From assembly GCA_036172245.1 (NCBI GenBank), contig JAYWIR010000010.1:4464001-4528000 (forward strand): DNA of 64,000 nt, given 5' to 3'. Source of the DNA: Raillietiella orientalis. Taxonomy: Eukaryota. Below the pieces are notes generated by a model. It was not told the origin of the DNA, searched no databases, and worked only from the letters and a program-made list of their open reading frames with translations. Each line of letters begins with the position of its first letter. The first letter of the stretch is position 1. A program made the translations under genes and the position numbers. Positions 49,321-62,100 of this stretch are shown in pieces.

Positions 49321-50321
49321 ATCTGGAATTTTCCTCATATCTTTGTCTCCGAGCAAGGGTTCCTCCCCTCATTCCCACCTCTTTATTCTTAGAGGCGCTC
49401 ATTGTCGCCTTCTGAGCAGCTGCTCCGGAGTCCACGGAATCGCTTCTCTCATTCCACAGCACTGGGAAGGAAGGAGGGGGGGAGAGGCGGTGACCTCGAC
49501 AGCGACAATGCTTGGTGCTCACCCCTTGATGCATCCCGTTCGTGGTCTTGTGGAACAAGTATCTCTTTCGATCACCTTGAGGATGGAGCTCGCTAATTAC
49601 TCGCCTCTGAGGTCAGAAATCAGTCCCGCCACCAGCGCCTGCATCAAAAGCTGCGGAGAGTTCTGCGACACTTTTTTGCCAGGGAGGCGCGACCAGGGTA
49701 TCAGAGCGAGAGGGTCCCTTCCCTCTTGCATCATATCGGAAGGTCTTCAGAGGAGGTCGGCAGGGATAGCTCTCCTTCTAGGTCTTTTGGACTCGACTGA
49801 CCGCAACACCCGCGTAAGTGGGGGGGGGGAGATGGCGCAGACCCCTTCTGGTAGGAAGGGAATGGATTCGACTCTGCTCGCTCCCCGTTCCCTCGCTTCC
49901 CGTCGCCGAGGAACTGAAGCCCCACTCAAGTTCTAAAGTGGTGAAGAGGAGAATCCGGGATGAAGAGGAGGGATCAGGAAGGGAAAAGATCTTTTAAACG
50001 GACCGACGGTGAGCGACGTTCGTTTGGTTACCGAACGGGGTCCCAAAACAGAGTACAGAGCGACTGCTATGCTCCGTTTTTTGTCGCCGTTCTGCAGTCC
50101 ACTGGTATTCCAGAAAGCTTTCTTCCATTAATGGCAACACCAGTCAGCATCAATGAGATCCCTAAAGCCTTTCAGTGCTTCGTAGAAGCAAGCCCAAGAG
50201 AGAGCCACAAAGAATACTTGTGGAAATAAATTTCTTCGTTCAAAGGCAAGGTTGTTTCCGGAGAGGAACGTTCACAAAATTGTTCAAAAAAGCACTCTCC
50301 TGTGGGGCGGCACGGAGCATC

Positions 50322-50584
50322 ATGACGCGAGCGTAAGCGACCAGCCTGGCGGCCAACGATGCAATCTAAGATGAGCGACTTGAAACCGGTTTGGTTGGAG
50401 TTCGGCTTCGCGGCGTGACGTCAGCGTGCGCGATGAGCACGGCGGCCAACAATGAAATCTAAAAATACTAGGCGAGCGACTTGAAACCGTCCCGGCCCGA
50501 GTGGTGCTTCGCGGCGTGACGTCAGCGTGAGCGATCAGCACGGCGGCCAACAATGCAATCGAACGATACAGGGCGAGTGACTTC
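50322..50584. repeat. Tandem repeat, about 2.7 units of 93-101 bp, carrying TGACGTCA palindromes
   Basis: Recurrent TGACGTCAGCGTG...GGCGGCCAACAATG-AATC...GAGCGACTTGAAACCG. TGACGTCA at 50416 and 50517; degenerate TGACGCGA at 50323. Confidence 0.93.
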
Positions 50585-52102
50585 ATTGTTCGCTCTGGAC
50601 GCTTGGGGAAAAAGGGATCAGCACAGCGGCATGGAAACGCGGTCAGAAGGGAATACACAGTGCAAGCGGATTTCGTGATTTCTGTTCTTTCCGTTTTCGG
50701 CCTTCAAAAGCGTTGAATTTGTTTTTTGGTGGGAAAACGGAGAATGAATGAGGGACAACGATGCGAAATGTGTCTATCCGACCGAGAGGTAAATGCACCG
50801 ACAAGGCGAGAACTAGCAGTATTTCAAAACTCAAAGATAAGGAGATTCCCTTGATGAAGATGAAAAAAAGTAATTGCAAAGAACAATTCATCGATGTGAT
50901 GTAGAGTGAGAGCCACTGAAACCCGGCTCTCCAGCAGCCTTTCGATGAGAAGCCGGACTCTAGCAGAGCTGGTTTTTGAGAGACTTGAAACCGGCTTTAG
51001 CGAAATCGAAAACAAGCCTTAGCAAAAAATGAAGCTTCCATCTCGATTTGCCTGGTGGTAGGTCAAATTGATCCAATCGAATTCTTTCAGCAGAATTTCC
51101 CGCAGTCAACAATTTGTTCCCAATATTGATGTGTCACGACAGTTTTTTGCAAACACATAAATCTATTTTAATTTTTATTTTCTCCAAGTTCTCCCCCCGA
51201 AAGGTCGACTAGAGCCGCATGGTCCCACATGATCGTTTTTACACACTCCGTCCCGTGTAAGGCGCATGTGATCGCTTTTGGAACCGCTGTGGCCTTTGGA
51301 ACTTTGAGAAATTACGGATTCAACCAAATAAAGAAGTTCTAAAAATGATGATGTGGACAAACTCAGAGGCCGTTAGGGAACCAAGCAATTTCGTGGCAAG
51401 AACTTTAATTTTTCGCGTGGACAAAGAGGATTAGAAATTCCATCAGTTCCTTTAACTTGCCACTCTTCTAGAGAGACCACCCGAGAAAGATTTCTCAAAG
51501 GTGAAGCCACAAAACTTTCTACAAGCAATGTTGACTGCTTGTGGAACTTCGTGGCCTGTAAATCACGTGGAGGAAGTTAAAGGAAATCTTTGCTGCGTTT
51601 TTTCGTACAGCAAGCAACGACGTAGAGTTCATTGGAACCATGGGTTTGCGATGAGATAATCTTAATCCTCCACCAGAGGCGCTTGTTCGAAATGACCCAA
51701 ACCGAGCAAACTGCAAGTGAGAAGGGACTCAGTTTGATTGTTTGTGTTATCTGCCTAGCAGTTTCCAGAAATATTGCACCTAGATTTTTAACGCGTTCTT
51801 GTGCCTTTGCTGTGCTTGATCTCAAAACATCGCACCCTTCGTGCTCTCTGCGCAGTTTCGTCTGTTACCATAGATCTTTTTCTACACAAAAGTTGGACAG
51901 AGATTCAGAGGAATCTGTAAACGTGAGAATGTGTATTCGGTCTAATTATGTGTTCGAAGGGAACAAGTTTTTCGAGGTGTTTGTGCTGCTTGGGAGATGA
52001 TTTTCGTAGAACCTCATATCGTTCGATTGAACCGCATTATACATCTGTTATCCTTAAAGTGACTCGCCAAAGCCGACTGAGAAAACCGGACTCATCGACG
52101 CC

Positions 52103-52150
52103 ATTCCGGATGGCACGGGACGGACAGTTCCGGCTCGTGCCATCCGGAAT
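52103..52150. repeat. 48-bp near-perfect hairpin
   Basis: ATTCCGGATGGCACG / CGTGCCATCCGGAAT 15-bp perfect arms plus inner CGGA-CAGT-TCCG. Confidence 0.95.
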
Positions 52151-55100
52151 TGAAGTTCCGTAGATAAACAGATTTCTTCCACCTCAGTATGAAGATTTAT
52201 CTGGTCTTATCTCAATATTCTAGCTGATGCCAAACGTTATTTTCCTTGGAGCTTTATTTAACTGAACTAATTGTTGTGCCTTGTTCTTTCCTTGAAGATC
52301 GACATCAGACTCTTCGCGTTAGTAGAATTATGGATATATACAATATTGCTGGAGATGATAGGAATTGATCGGCATCGAAATGTGTGGAAGCGAAAGCAAA
52401 AAAGCAAAGATGAACTGATGGCTGATCCAAAAAGGAAACTCATGGTGGGTGAAAGAAATGAACACATTGCCAAATAAAGATTTGACTTGCCTATGAATTT
52501 TCCATGTCCACGCATATTTTGGCGAATAGTCCTCACTTCCTTAAAAGAATGCTCCGACTCTTTGAAGAATGTAAGTAAAGAACATTCGATCTGATTCAGC
52601 AGCCTTGGTCATCAATTTGTGTTTGGAACTGAAAGATTTTTAGTCAGAGATTGCTTTGAGAGTGGATTGTCTAAAAAAAAAAATAAAATAAAATAAACGT
52701 TTAGTGTAGACAGAAAAAAATTCCCAAAGCACGATTGCAGAGCTTAATGGGAGAGCTAAAAAATCTTTCCTGGAAGAGTCAATCAATGTCAATTCTGTTG
52801 GTTAGCGAAGGGCTTCTTGATTTTCCCTTTGCCTTCAGTTTCGACAGCTGTATCTTCTGCTTAAAGTCAAAAAGAGATGAACAGACCTTTTGTCTTTTCG
52901 GGTGACGGTGCATGCATCCGATTCCCTACGAAAAGATTTACTGAAGACATGATTGGCGATGTGATTTCTTCTTAAAGTAAGGTGAGAGTTTACAGATGCC
53001 GGTGCGCATGGTGCGACTTCCTGTGGTGAGTCGAAAGCAGGAAAAACTGATAAAAGGTTCATGTCTCCTGAGAGGATGGGTAGTCATCGCGTGCATATCC
53101 ATTTGCTACTCGAAGAATGTGTGCTGTTCCGAATCACTGTAAGATTCATGAGAATCAGAAAAATTGTAAACAGTAGGCAGACTGCGAGACCAAAAGCAAA
53201 ATTGAAAAGTAGAAAAGAAAAAGGGGGAGATGTTGTACAAAAAGCTTATAAATTCAGGAGGTGAATCCAGGTGCAACGCTGCATCCACACATCCTCGGCT
53301 GATGGTACTCACGTGCATACAGCGTTATCAAGAAATGCGTGCAAGATAGCTCTTTGGTCATCCTCCCAGCCAATGAATCTGGTAAGAACTTCACGGCCAA
53401 CCCGCACAGTGGTGGACGTTCTCTTCAGAAAGCAAGCTTTTTCTACAGATACTTCTTTTCCGGACGTCGTGCCCCGATGCACTTGCCGTTGTTTCTTCAT
53501 GTGGGACGGACTTTCCACTGCCGCTGGGAGGATTTTGTGTCACCTCTCTGCGGCGTTGCCACGTCACGCGACGAGTTGCGGCTTCAAGGCAGCGACGGAG
53601 GGAGACCATTCCCATTGCAGCTTGGGTGTAGCGAGATGACCTCACCCGCAGAAAGGGGGGTCGTCAGAAAGACCTCCTGTGTCTCGCGCAGGCTGTGGAG
53701 CACCCGGAGAACGTGAACCAAGGACTCCTATCGCTTCCCTTCCATTCCTCTTTTCCACCTATTTATCATCCCCTACCCTCTTCACTCTGTATACAGCCCA
53801 CTCTGCGAGTCAGCGTTTCATACAAACTGAGCTTCTGTACCACAAGAGGAACTCGCTTACCACTTTTGCATGTTTATTTACTCATTTTTTTTAAAATGAC
53901 CGTGTGACGAATCCCATGTCAGTGCAGGCAGGTTTGCCCACTTCACTGTGCCTCTTGAATTCAGACTGGACTCAGAAGATGACCAACTTTCCCTCAGCAT
54001 GACTCGGAACTGCAAAGTCTTGTGTGCATCCTGAAGTCGTGACGATTTCCTCACGGTTTTGGTCCACGTGCTGATCTCGTTTTATTGAGCGGGAATGAAA
54101 TCGATCGATCTGCCCTCCGTCCCTCGTTATCAGATCTTACCCCAGATCATTAAGGCAGATGAATTGACTGCGTACATGGCCTCTCAGTATTTGATCGCAG
54201 AATCACGGGTCCTTCCATCTTTCAATATGGAGCTACTTTTCAAAAATGCTATTTAAAACATTGATCTTTCTCATGAGACTGCAAACGGTATGTCCGTTCG
54301 CAGTCTCAAGAGATCCAGTCGTGTGATCATGATGATCAGAAATTTGAAAAACATTTGAAAAATCCAGTTGTTTGCAAGAAGAATGCCGAATTCAAAATCA
54401 AGTCTTCAGCTGATGGGCGTTTTCGGCAGGGCGATCCGTAGCAACCGAAATCCAGAACTGACTCTTGACAGGAACGGTAGCAATCGAAAAGCTCCTTGCA
54501 GGCGTGGTGCAAAAATGGTAAGGAAGGAATTAGTGGCAGGAGCAAATATACGACTTCTCCTTGTGATCACGAGGCAAGCCATCTACCTTATAGATGGCCT
54601 GCTGTGGTTACAAGGGTTTTATCAGGGTATGCAGGTGTATAGACAATGAAGTGTCTTGGTGTTGATTCCTTTTTTAAAAAAAACCGAAACAAAATGAAAA
54701 CTTGTTTGAAAGCAAAGTTGCTTTCCTCAAATCATAATAAAGCACTATTGGTCATTAGGTAATTAATTATATGACCTTGTTCCATTATTCGCAAGCGCTG
54801 GAATGGGAAAAATAGAATTGTAGGCTCCTAAGCACGGTCACGAGCATGAGTGCTTCCACTTTCCAAAAGCTGCCTTGCACTGCTTTTACCAAAATTCCTC
54901 TTTTGGCCCCCGTAAGACTGCCCTGACTGACCTCGTGTCTCCTGCATCAAACACTCAATGCATTGTGTCAGTTTATTCGTGGGAGATTTCCCACATGACG
55001 AACAAACGAAATTCCGACCACGAGGTTCCTCCAAGCGCGATACCGGTCCAGCTTTCCCATTTAACACGAGCCTCATCTGTTTTCTTGGACATCGTCCCGC

Positions 55101-58007
55101 ACTCTCCATCCATGTTGCGTTCACCAATGATTCCTTTCTTTTTGTTGTTGTTTCGTTTGCAGCCTTACACGAATTACCAGATGATCCGCCGACGAACAGG
55201 GAAACCGAAATCCCTGGTTTCGCAAGCTCGCAGTCACGAGCTGCAACGCTTCCGTTCCCTCTTTTCCGAGAGAGGCTCGGGAACAGTGGACAGAACTCCT
55301 CCACATTCCCTCTTGATGGGACCGAGCTGCACAAGATCGGAAAAAAGCAGGTGGTTGTGGTCCACGAGCTCAAGTCAGCCTCAGACCGATCAGTGGAGTC
55401 ATCTTCAGGCGTAACCGTGGTCTGGCAGGATCACGTATGAATCACGCACTTGTGAATTTTTTTTTCTCCCCATTATGAGCTGCACACACATTCTGCGTCG
55501 CGCGTCGCCTCTGCTGGCGGAGACGCTTTCTCGAAACTTCAAGGACGGCCGTTTCCTTGGAACCGGTGGTTCTTCCAAGTAGCAGTGTACGTTGCATTCC
55601 TGCTGCGAGAGTTTCGCTTCCCAGTCCATTAGCAACACGGACTGATCTCCGGTTCGTAGTTGCCGTGCTAACCAAATGAAGTGGGAAGCAGCTAAGCATC
55701 ATCACACTATTTATAAAGGCACCGTGTTTGTTTTTTTGCTGCAGCACACAGCAAAGTGCCGAAAGAAGCGATTTGTATTTCTTGAGTTCCACTTTCGGAG
55801 GCTTCCTCCGGATCGCTTCCGCGTTCGTTCGGGGATCAGCTGCCCGCGTATCCATCTCGTTGGTTGATCGTCGCGGTCGGAAGATCAGGAGAGAAACGGT
55901 TCGCGACTTTTTGTTTTATAGTTTTTTTTTTTTTCCTTCCCTTTCCTTTCGAGAAAGGAGGCAGGTGAGTAGTTGTAGAAGCAGCAGTCCCCCCCCCCCC
56001 CCCACACACACACACAAAAAAAAGGAGAATTGCCCGAAAAAGACCTCCCCTCGTGGCAGCACGGTATTAGCGACCAATTTGCGAGCAATGCGGGTATCTG
56101 CGGCTGCTGCATCACGAAGAATTCGTGAAACCGTGCACATTTTTCGACAACGGAAACGAGAAAAAACAGTCATCGGCCGATGACGCGATTTGGTGGAAAA
56201 CAAAGTCCAAAGGCCAGCGCAAAGGCCAAGGATCGTTTCGCGTTTGTGACGAGCTCTGTGAGCTGAACGTGATGGCGTTCATAGAAGCTACAAAAACCCC
56301 TGCAGTGGAATATCCATTATTCCACTTGAAAACAAAAAGAAAAAATCAAAATTGCGTATTTTATTATTTAAGTCAAAGCGGAAAAGAACTCTTGGAGTTC
56401 GGTTGACGTGTAATCAATCCAAGTAATTCTGTTGCTAAGAAACGCATTTTCTCGAGCTGCCGAACTCATAGAAATTGGAATTAAACAGACTGCAACCTAC
56501 TTGAATCACGTGTTCCTGTGCTTTTCAAAAATAGCTGAGCTAACACCGTACCACCGAATATGACAGTGTACCACTTTTTCGCCGCGTCACACGGAGCTCC
56601 ACTGTAACACCAAATTACATCCACTCTTATTAAAATAAGTAAGGAAGCAGTCGGACTCCTGATTGAAGTTTGTGTTCGCATCCCTGCTCTCCCTTAGAAG
56701 AATCTCCCCGAAATTCGGGTATTTTGATGTACCAAATGAGCACAGCAACAGAAACGCCAACAAATGTACAGTAAGTACACAGCCGAACAGTGAATCGGAC
56801 GCATGAAACGGTGGTCCCAACACCTGACACTCAACGATCTGTTACCCATCACGTGTTCATGCCGTGTTCGTGCTGCGGCTACACGGTCCACACCGCTGCT
56901 AGGCGTACATGAACACCGCATGCAGCCAGGCGGGTGTTCAAAGGAGGCATACCTTAGATCCGAGTAGGCAAGAAGCAGAGTTGGGGAAGGAATCAGCCTG
57001 AAGAAAACTCCGAAAATCGGGAAGAAAAAGAAATTCAGATCTCTTTCTGCGCTGCTTTGCTTTGTGCTGAAAGAGTCCACAAAAAACAAATCCGCTTTCG
57101 TGTTGCTTCCTCTCAGACAGGACTAACGGGCAAAGGCAACATTTCCCCTGATGGGATCGATGGATAGGAAGAGTGCAGCGTGCGTAATCGTGAGGCCTGC
57201 AGGAAGTCTCTGAAACCTCTCTTATCTTCTACGGTGCAGCACGATCTCCTGACGCGACGTTGAAATCTCTCTTCCGTCTTGCGCGCCAACGCAGTTGGAG
57301 GTGCGATGAATGGAGGTGGAAGTCCGCGCCGTTGGTCAGCGCTGCAGATTCAGGAAAAGAAGAACAACTTACCTCCACGAAGGTGCGCGGTCTTGGAATG
57401 AAATTTCAGAAACTGGGATCGACTCACCCACTCCCCCTCTCCGGAAATGCACCTTCAGCTCAAAGGGAGTCTGACTAACGTCGATTTTGTTTGAAGTGAG
57501 CCAAATGCCACAAGAAACTGAACCTCTTCAAGGCTGATTTTTTTTTTTTTTTTAATTTTTGGGTGAAGGAGTGGAGCGCTTCGGAGATTCGTGACCTCTA
57601 CCAAATGAAACACGCGCGCGCCATCAGAATCTGTTGCCCTGAGGTCTGCAAAGCCAAGAGACTTGAGAGTTCACAATCCCTTGGACCACTAATCGGGTAA
57701 GGTAAGGCCGAGAGAGACAGAAACCCATTGGGGTGGTCATTCTGAAGGCTTTGTCTCGAACAGTGTACACAGAGACGGGTAGAAACTTCTCGAAACGAGT
57801 TCCGCCACTTGAGAAATCACGCAGCTTCGTCGAATCAGCAGGAAGGAACAACTTGCTCTTCGAGAAGACGAGCCGTACCAGAGTGGTAAGCGTGATGGTC
57901 AGCTAAGAACCATGTCATTGCAATGCCCGTGCTGGAGTCTGACCGAAGGAACTCGGAGTTGCACAGCCTCTTCTGTTTCAGTGGGGTACGCTTCAAGAAA
58001 GGAAAGC

Positions 58008-58490
58008 TCAGCAGACCTCCCGTATAATGCGGATTCGTATAACTCCAAATGGCGACAGTCCACCTCGTATAACGCCATAAATCAGCTCCGTACCACCATA
58101 TGGATAAATTCCAATTTTGTGATGCAGCACCAGTTCAGCTGTTCTTTCTTTCTTTTTAAAACAGAAAAAAAGCACATGATTCTACTTCAACTTGGTTGAA
58201 CTCCATTTCGTGCACATTTTCGAGAATAAATAGCACATGGAGATCCATTTCTCGGTATCGAGAACGATACAGAATCGACTACACACCGATAAAACTTTAA
58301 AAAAAAGTGTTATCTTAATTTAAATAATGTAAAAAAAATAAACACTCTTTAAAGTGAGGCAGTGAGTAATCTACTGATATGGTTTTAGGATGCATCTCAT
58401 ATCTTTTATAAATACTCTCGTATTATCCACGTGTAACCAACCTACAGAGCTCATATAACGCGAAACGTCTTCCCGAGTTATACAAGAGCC
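58008..58490. mobile_element. Possible Tc1/mariner-pogo-type MITE relic
   Basis: Left end CAGCAGACCTCCCGTATAATGCGGATTCGTATAAC with repeated CGTATAA motifs. Right end TATAACGCG-N10-CCGAGTTATACAAG, also found at about 25210-25242. AT-rich interior. Confidence 0.4.
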
Positions 58491-61400
58491 CGCGTACGAA
58501 TACATTGGCGAGAAATGAAAAAAAAAAAAAAAAAATACAGATGTTACTGGGATGGAGATTTCCTCTTTCATCCGGACCTTCCAGGACGAATATCCGTTTG
58601 CAGTGCACTTCCTCATGTTTTTGGAGGCCGATCCAAAATACTTATTGCCGTCGTTTCCCTTTTCGTCGAATGGGCTGAGCAAATGTTGACCAGGAACGGA
58701 AAATGGATCCCGGAAGAGAGAAAAATGGCTGGAACGATGGACTCCTGAAAACCGGGGACAAAACACGCGACAGGAGATATTTTTAATTTTTCTCATAACG
58801 AGGGAAAGATGCCTTTTCTGCAAACTGAGGATCTGTTCTGCCCGTCTAACAGCTCGATAGGAGAATGGGCAACTGCGCGAGTGGGACAGAGGGGTGGGCA
58901 AACAGGGACAGGGAGATCGGAGAGAACCGATGAGTCTCCTGACCGAGCGACTCTCGGGAAATTTTGCCAGGCTGAGAATGAAAGCCGACGATGGGCTGGA
59001 GTGAAGAGCGGCGGATTCGCCTTTCGAGGGACCAGCAGTCCATCCCGTTCGTTGGAAATTTCGCCGGTTGCGTCCACGCTGGAAAAAAGGAAGGGAAGAA
59101 ATTCCCGCTTCGCTGTCTCTGCTCTTCGGCTCATTCTGCGGTCCCGAAGACCTGCCTTCCGTTGCTGGAGGAGACCCTCACGAGATGGGCATTTCCCCTG
59201 ATGCCGCCCATCGCTTGCTGCCGCTTTGGGGACTTTTCGGTTTCTTCTCACGGCATTCCAGAGTTTCTCGATTCCGGCATTCGGGAGAGACCCCACGAAG
59301 GTCGTTCCTGGGGTCGAGGGCACTCGTTTGGAAGGAGGAGCCAACCTTTCCCCGTATGCCCACCTTCTCTTTCCGCGCACCTGCCTGCGAGCGCGGTTGT
59401 CGACTGCGAGTTGGAGACGAAGGGCATCCGGTAGGAGCGGCCTTCCTTCCTTCTTCCCGGAGCATCGGACTGGACACCAATCTCACGTCCGCTCCTGCAG
59501 TGGGTCCATTGGGGAGGTCGCCATTCCTCAGCGTTTCTAGACAGCTCCCCACTCCTCTTCGTGGCTGCGGTGTGGGTATTGGCGCTCCGGCCGGGCACCA
59601 TGACCCCGCAGCTCGTCTTCTGGAATGCCTTCCGTTCAGGGGATCGACGATGCACCTGGTGGACAATGGTGAGGGAGAGTCGCGCCTCAAGGACTGCTTT
59701 GCGAACGAAGGTTCACGTCGCTGAAATATTTCTCCACAGAAAAAAAAAAAGAATATTGCTATCAGTATTCGCTCGCGGAATGTTTTTGCTTCCGCAGAAA
59801 ACAGTATTCCCCTCGAGATATGCAGGTTTTGTTCTTGACGAAAAGTCCGACGGGAGGCTCCAGCAACTGGCGCCAAGCGGCCCGCCATCATCTGCTCAGC
59901 CTGGCTGCCTTCCGGGCGAATCCACTGGAAGGGCGGGCTCAGCCCTGTCAATGACCCATCCTGCAATTCCGGTACGCGTCTTTCCAGTACCGGATGCTCG
60001 CGCAGTCGACCTCCTTTTCCCCGTGCTGTCTGCTCGTTCTGGGGGGACATTCAGCGTGCTCGGCACGCCGCCGCCGTTCGCCGGATCCCACGACCCCAAG
60101 CATCCGGCGACTGTCGCCTTGACCTCAGCCGGGAGACCCTTCGAGGGAGCGGCCCAAGAAGGGGAAGATGACTTTTTTGCGGACGTCCTCGGCATCTCGC
60201 CCTGCTTTTTTCTGCTCCTCACCTTCCACCACCGCCTTGGTCGAGCTCTCTCGTGGCCCATGCGACGTCCGTAGTGAGGACACCTCCGCCCCAGCACGGG
60301 ACACCACACCCGGTGTCCTCTTGTAGTGTGTTCCCGGGGTGGGCTGGTCGGGAGCCGTCAGTTCCCGTTGCCCGAGAGTGACCCTCTTTGTCCGTCCCGT
60401 TTGAGGTTCCGTCTTATCGCCCGACGACCGCCGTCTGGTGGCTGCAGCTGCGGCAATGGAGGGCGTGGAGTGAGGATCCACCCATGAAAATGCCTCGAAA
60501 ACAATACTCTGTCTCAGTAAACAGGTACTTCTAAATGATGCGAGCGTCAACTGTTTTCCGAGGTCACACGCACTTGGCATCAGAAATTTTTGCCTCCACA
60601 GTCTGGCACCGAGATGGAGGGACGCAGAGGAATAAGAGTTCCAATGACATGATGATGGCTGCCTTTCTCTTCACAAAATGAACACCTCTTGCAAGAGATG
60701 CCTGTTAAGACCGCAGCAGTAGCCTTGTGTTGACCAAGCAGGTCTCCGGCTCATCTCCGTGTCATTACGTCATCACCAAGTCGATACCTCGCCTACGGCG
60801 CTTCCTCACAGCTCGAGCGGAAGTCACGAGTTCGTCACGTGCTCCTCCCACTTCTCCCTTTCTCCGGGAAATGCTCGCTGACCTATCGTCATCGGGTTCA
60901 GTCACGCAGCCTGGTTCCGTTCCTCGTCTTCCTCCAGGAGCGCTCCTCATGCTTCCTGCCTGTCCTTGCGGACGAGTTCGTCCTTCGGCGTCAGGAAAGG
61001 GGTGCGAGTCATCTGGTCATCAGGGACGTCCGTCCCCGCGGCCCGGAAGACAGACGAACGCGACTGGGGAACTCCCGTCCCCTCAGGAATGAACATTCGC
61101 CAGCCAAGGAACGCCCGCCTCTGGCATAAAAAAAAGGAAGGAAAAAATGTACATTCCCGCGTCGGTTTCGCAGCAACGCAAATCTAATGCGCCTGCACAG
61201 ATACTCTCGTTCCGGACTGCTTGTTTAGAGGAACAGAGGAAGCGAAATAGGAAGCGAATAAGGTCATGAACCATGTTCGGCCAGGTCGAAACCAGGGGCA
61301 ACTGTGCTGGGAGTCTGCAGCGACTTCCATGTGCAAAAACTGTGGTGTGAGTCAGAGGTGGGGGGGGGGGGGGGGGAAACAATTTTCGTGGCTGCAGTTC

Positions 61401-61659
61401 CCCTTCAGGTCTAGCTGGTGCCCACAGAAGCGGAGGGAAGAAGAGGGCTTGTCTTCACCGAGCAAGCTGGGTTACAAGCAGCTCGCCTTGTATCTTTGAC
61501 GTCACAGGTCGGGACTGCTCGGATCTCGAATCAAGATGTTCTTCTCGCACTTATTCCTGTTCCTGATGGCCTTTCCCGTTTTCTTCAAGCTATGAGGACG
61601 GGCACAATTCTTGAAGCGGGACTTCCAGGTGCAGAGCTAGGAAGCGGTTGTCAGGCTTG

Positions 61660-62100
61660 ACAGGTGCGTCGGGGCGTTTCTCTGGTGCTTCGGGGCGTTT
61701 ATTGTGGAAATAAATTCACAGAGGTGGTGGCATGGCACTCGGCACTGCAACGTTCACCTGCAGAAAAGCCCAGCGAGGTTCGCTTCAGCAGCAGAGAAGG
61801 AGAAGGACGAACAAAAATAAAAATAAATGGGGAAAAACCTTTGGAGGGCACGAGAAGGTTGCTCCTCTGCATCACTGCTAAGATACCCGCGAGGTCCTGC
61901 TGAATAGTTCTCAGCTGGGGTCATCTTTGTGCTATCCGTAGGAAGCAGATGGCCAAGTGGATAGCGTCCCGTCCCTATCTCCATGGCCACCAAAATCCCG
62001 CGAAGGTGGCAAAGAGCTGCTAGGGACGCGGCTTGCAGTAGGGGTGGCGCCATGCATGAACGGACGCTTCGAAACGCCCCTGGGAAACGCGGAGGGTCGT
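61660..62100 (-). mobile_element. Tx1-like 3' fragment with tandemly duplicated terminus
   Basis: AASLAALCHLRGILVA; UTR CTGCTGCTGAAGCGAACCTCGC; end AATAAACGCCCCGAAGCACCAGAG-AAACGCCCCGACGCACCTG. Confidence 0.85.

Noticed and set aside
50322..50584. CRISPR-like array
   Set aside because: Units are about 100 bp and conserved along most of their length, with no unique spacers and no cas-like ORFs nearby.
51760..51920. FPEILHLD and LDRD fragments resembling a MULE transposase
   Set aside because: Too short, in different frames and broken by stops; cannot be supported without a profile search.
53020..53065. CGESKAGKTD resembling the myosin P-loop GESGAGKT
   Set aside because: The key Gly is replaced, flanks are not myosin-like and there is no sustained ORF.
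54828..55373. 181-aa ORF with FVCSSCGKS as a C2H2 zinc-finger gene
   Set aside because: No His pair follows and the rest of the ORF has no recognisable domain.
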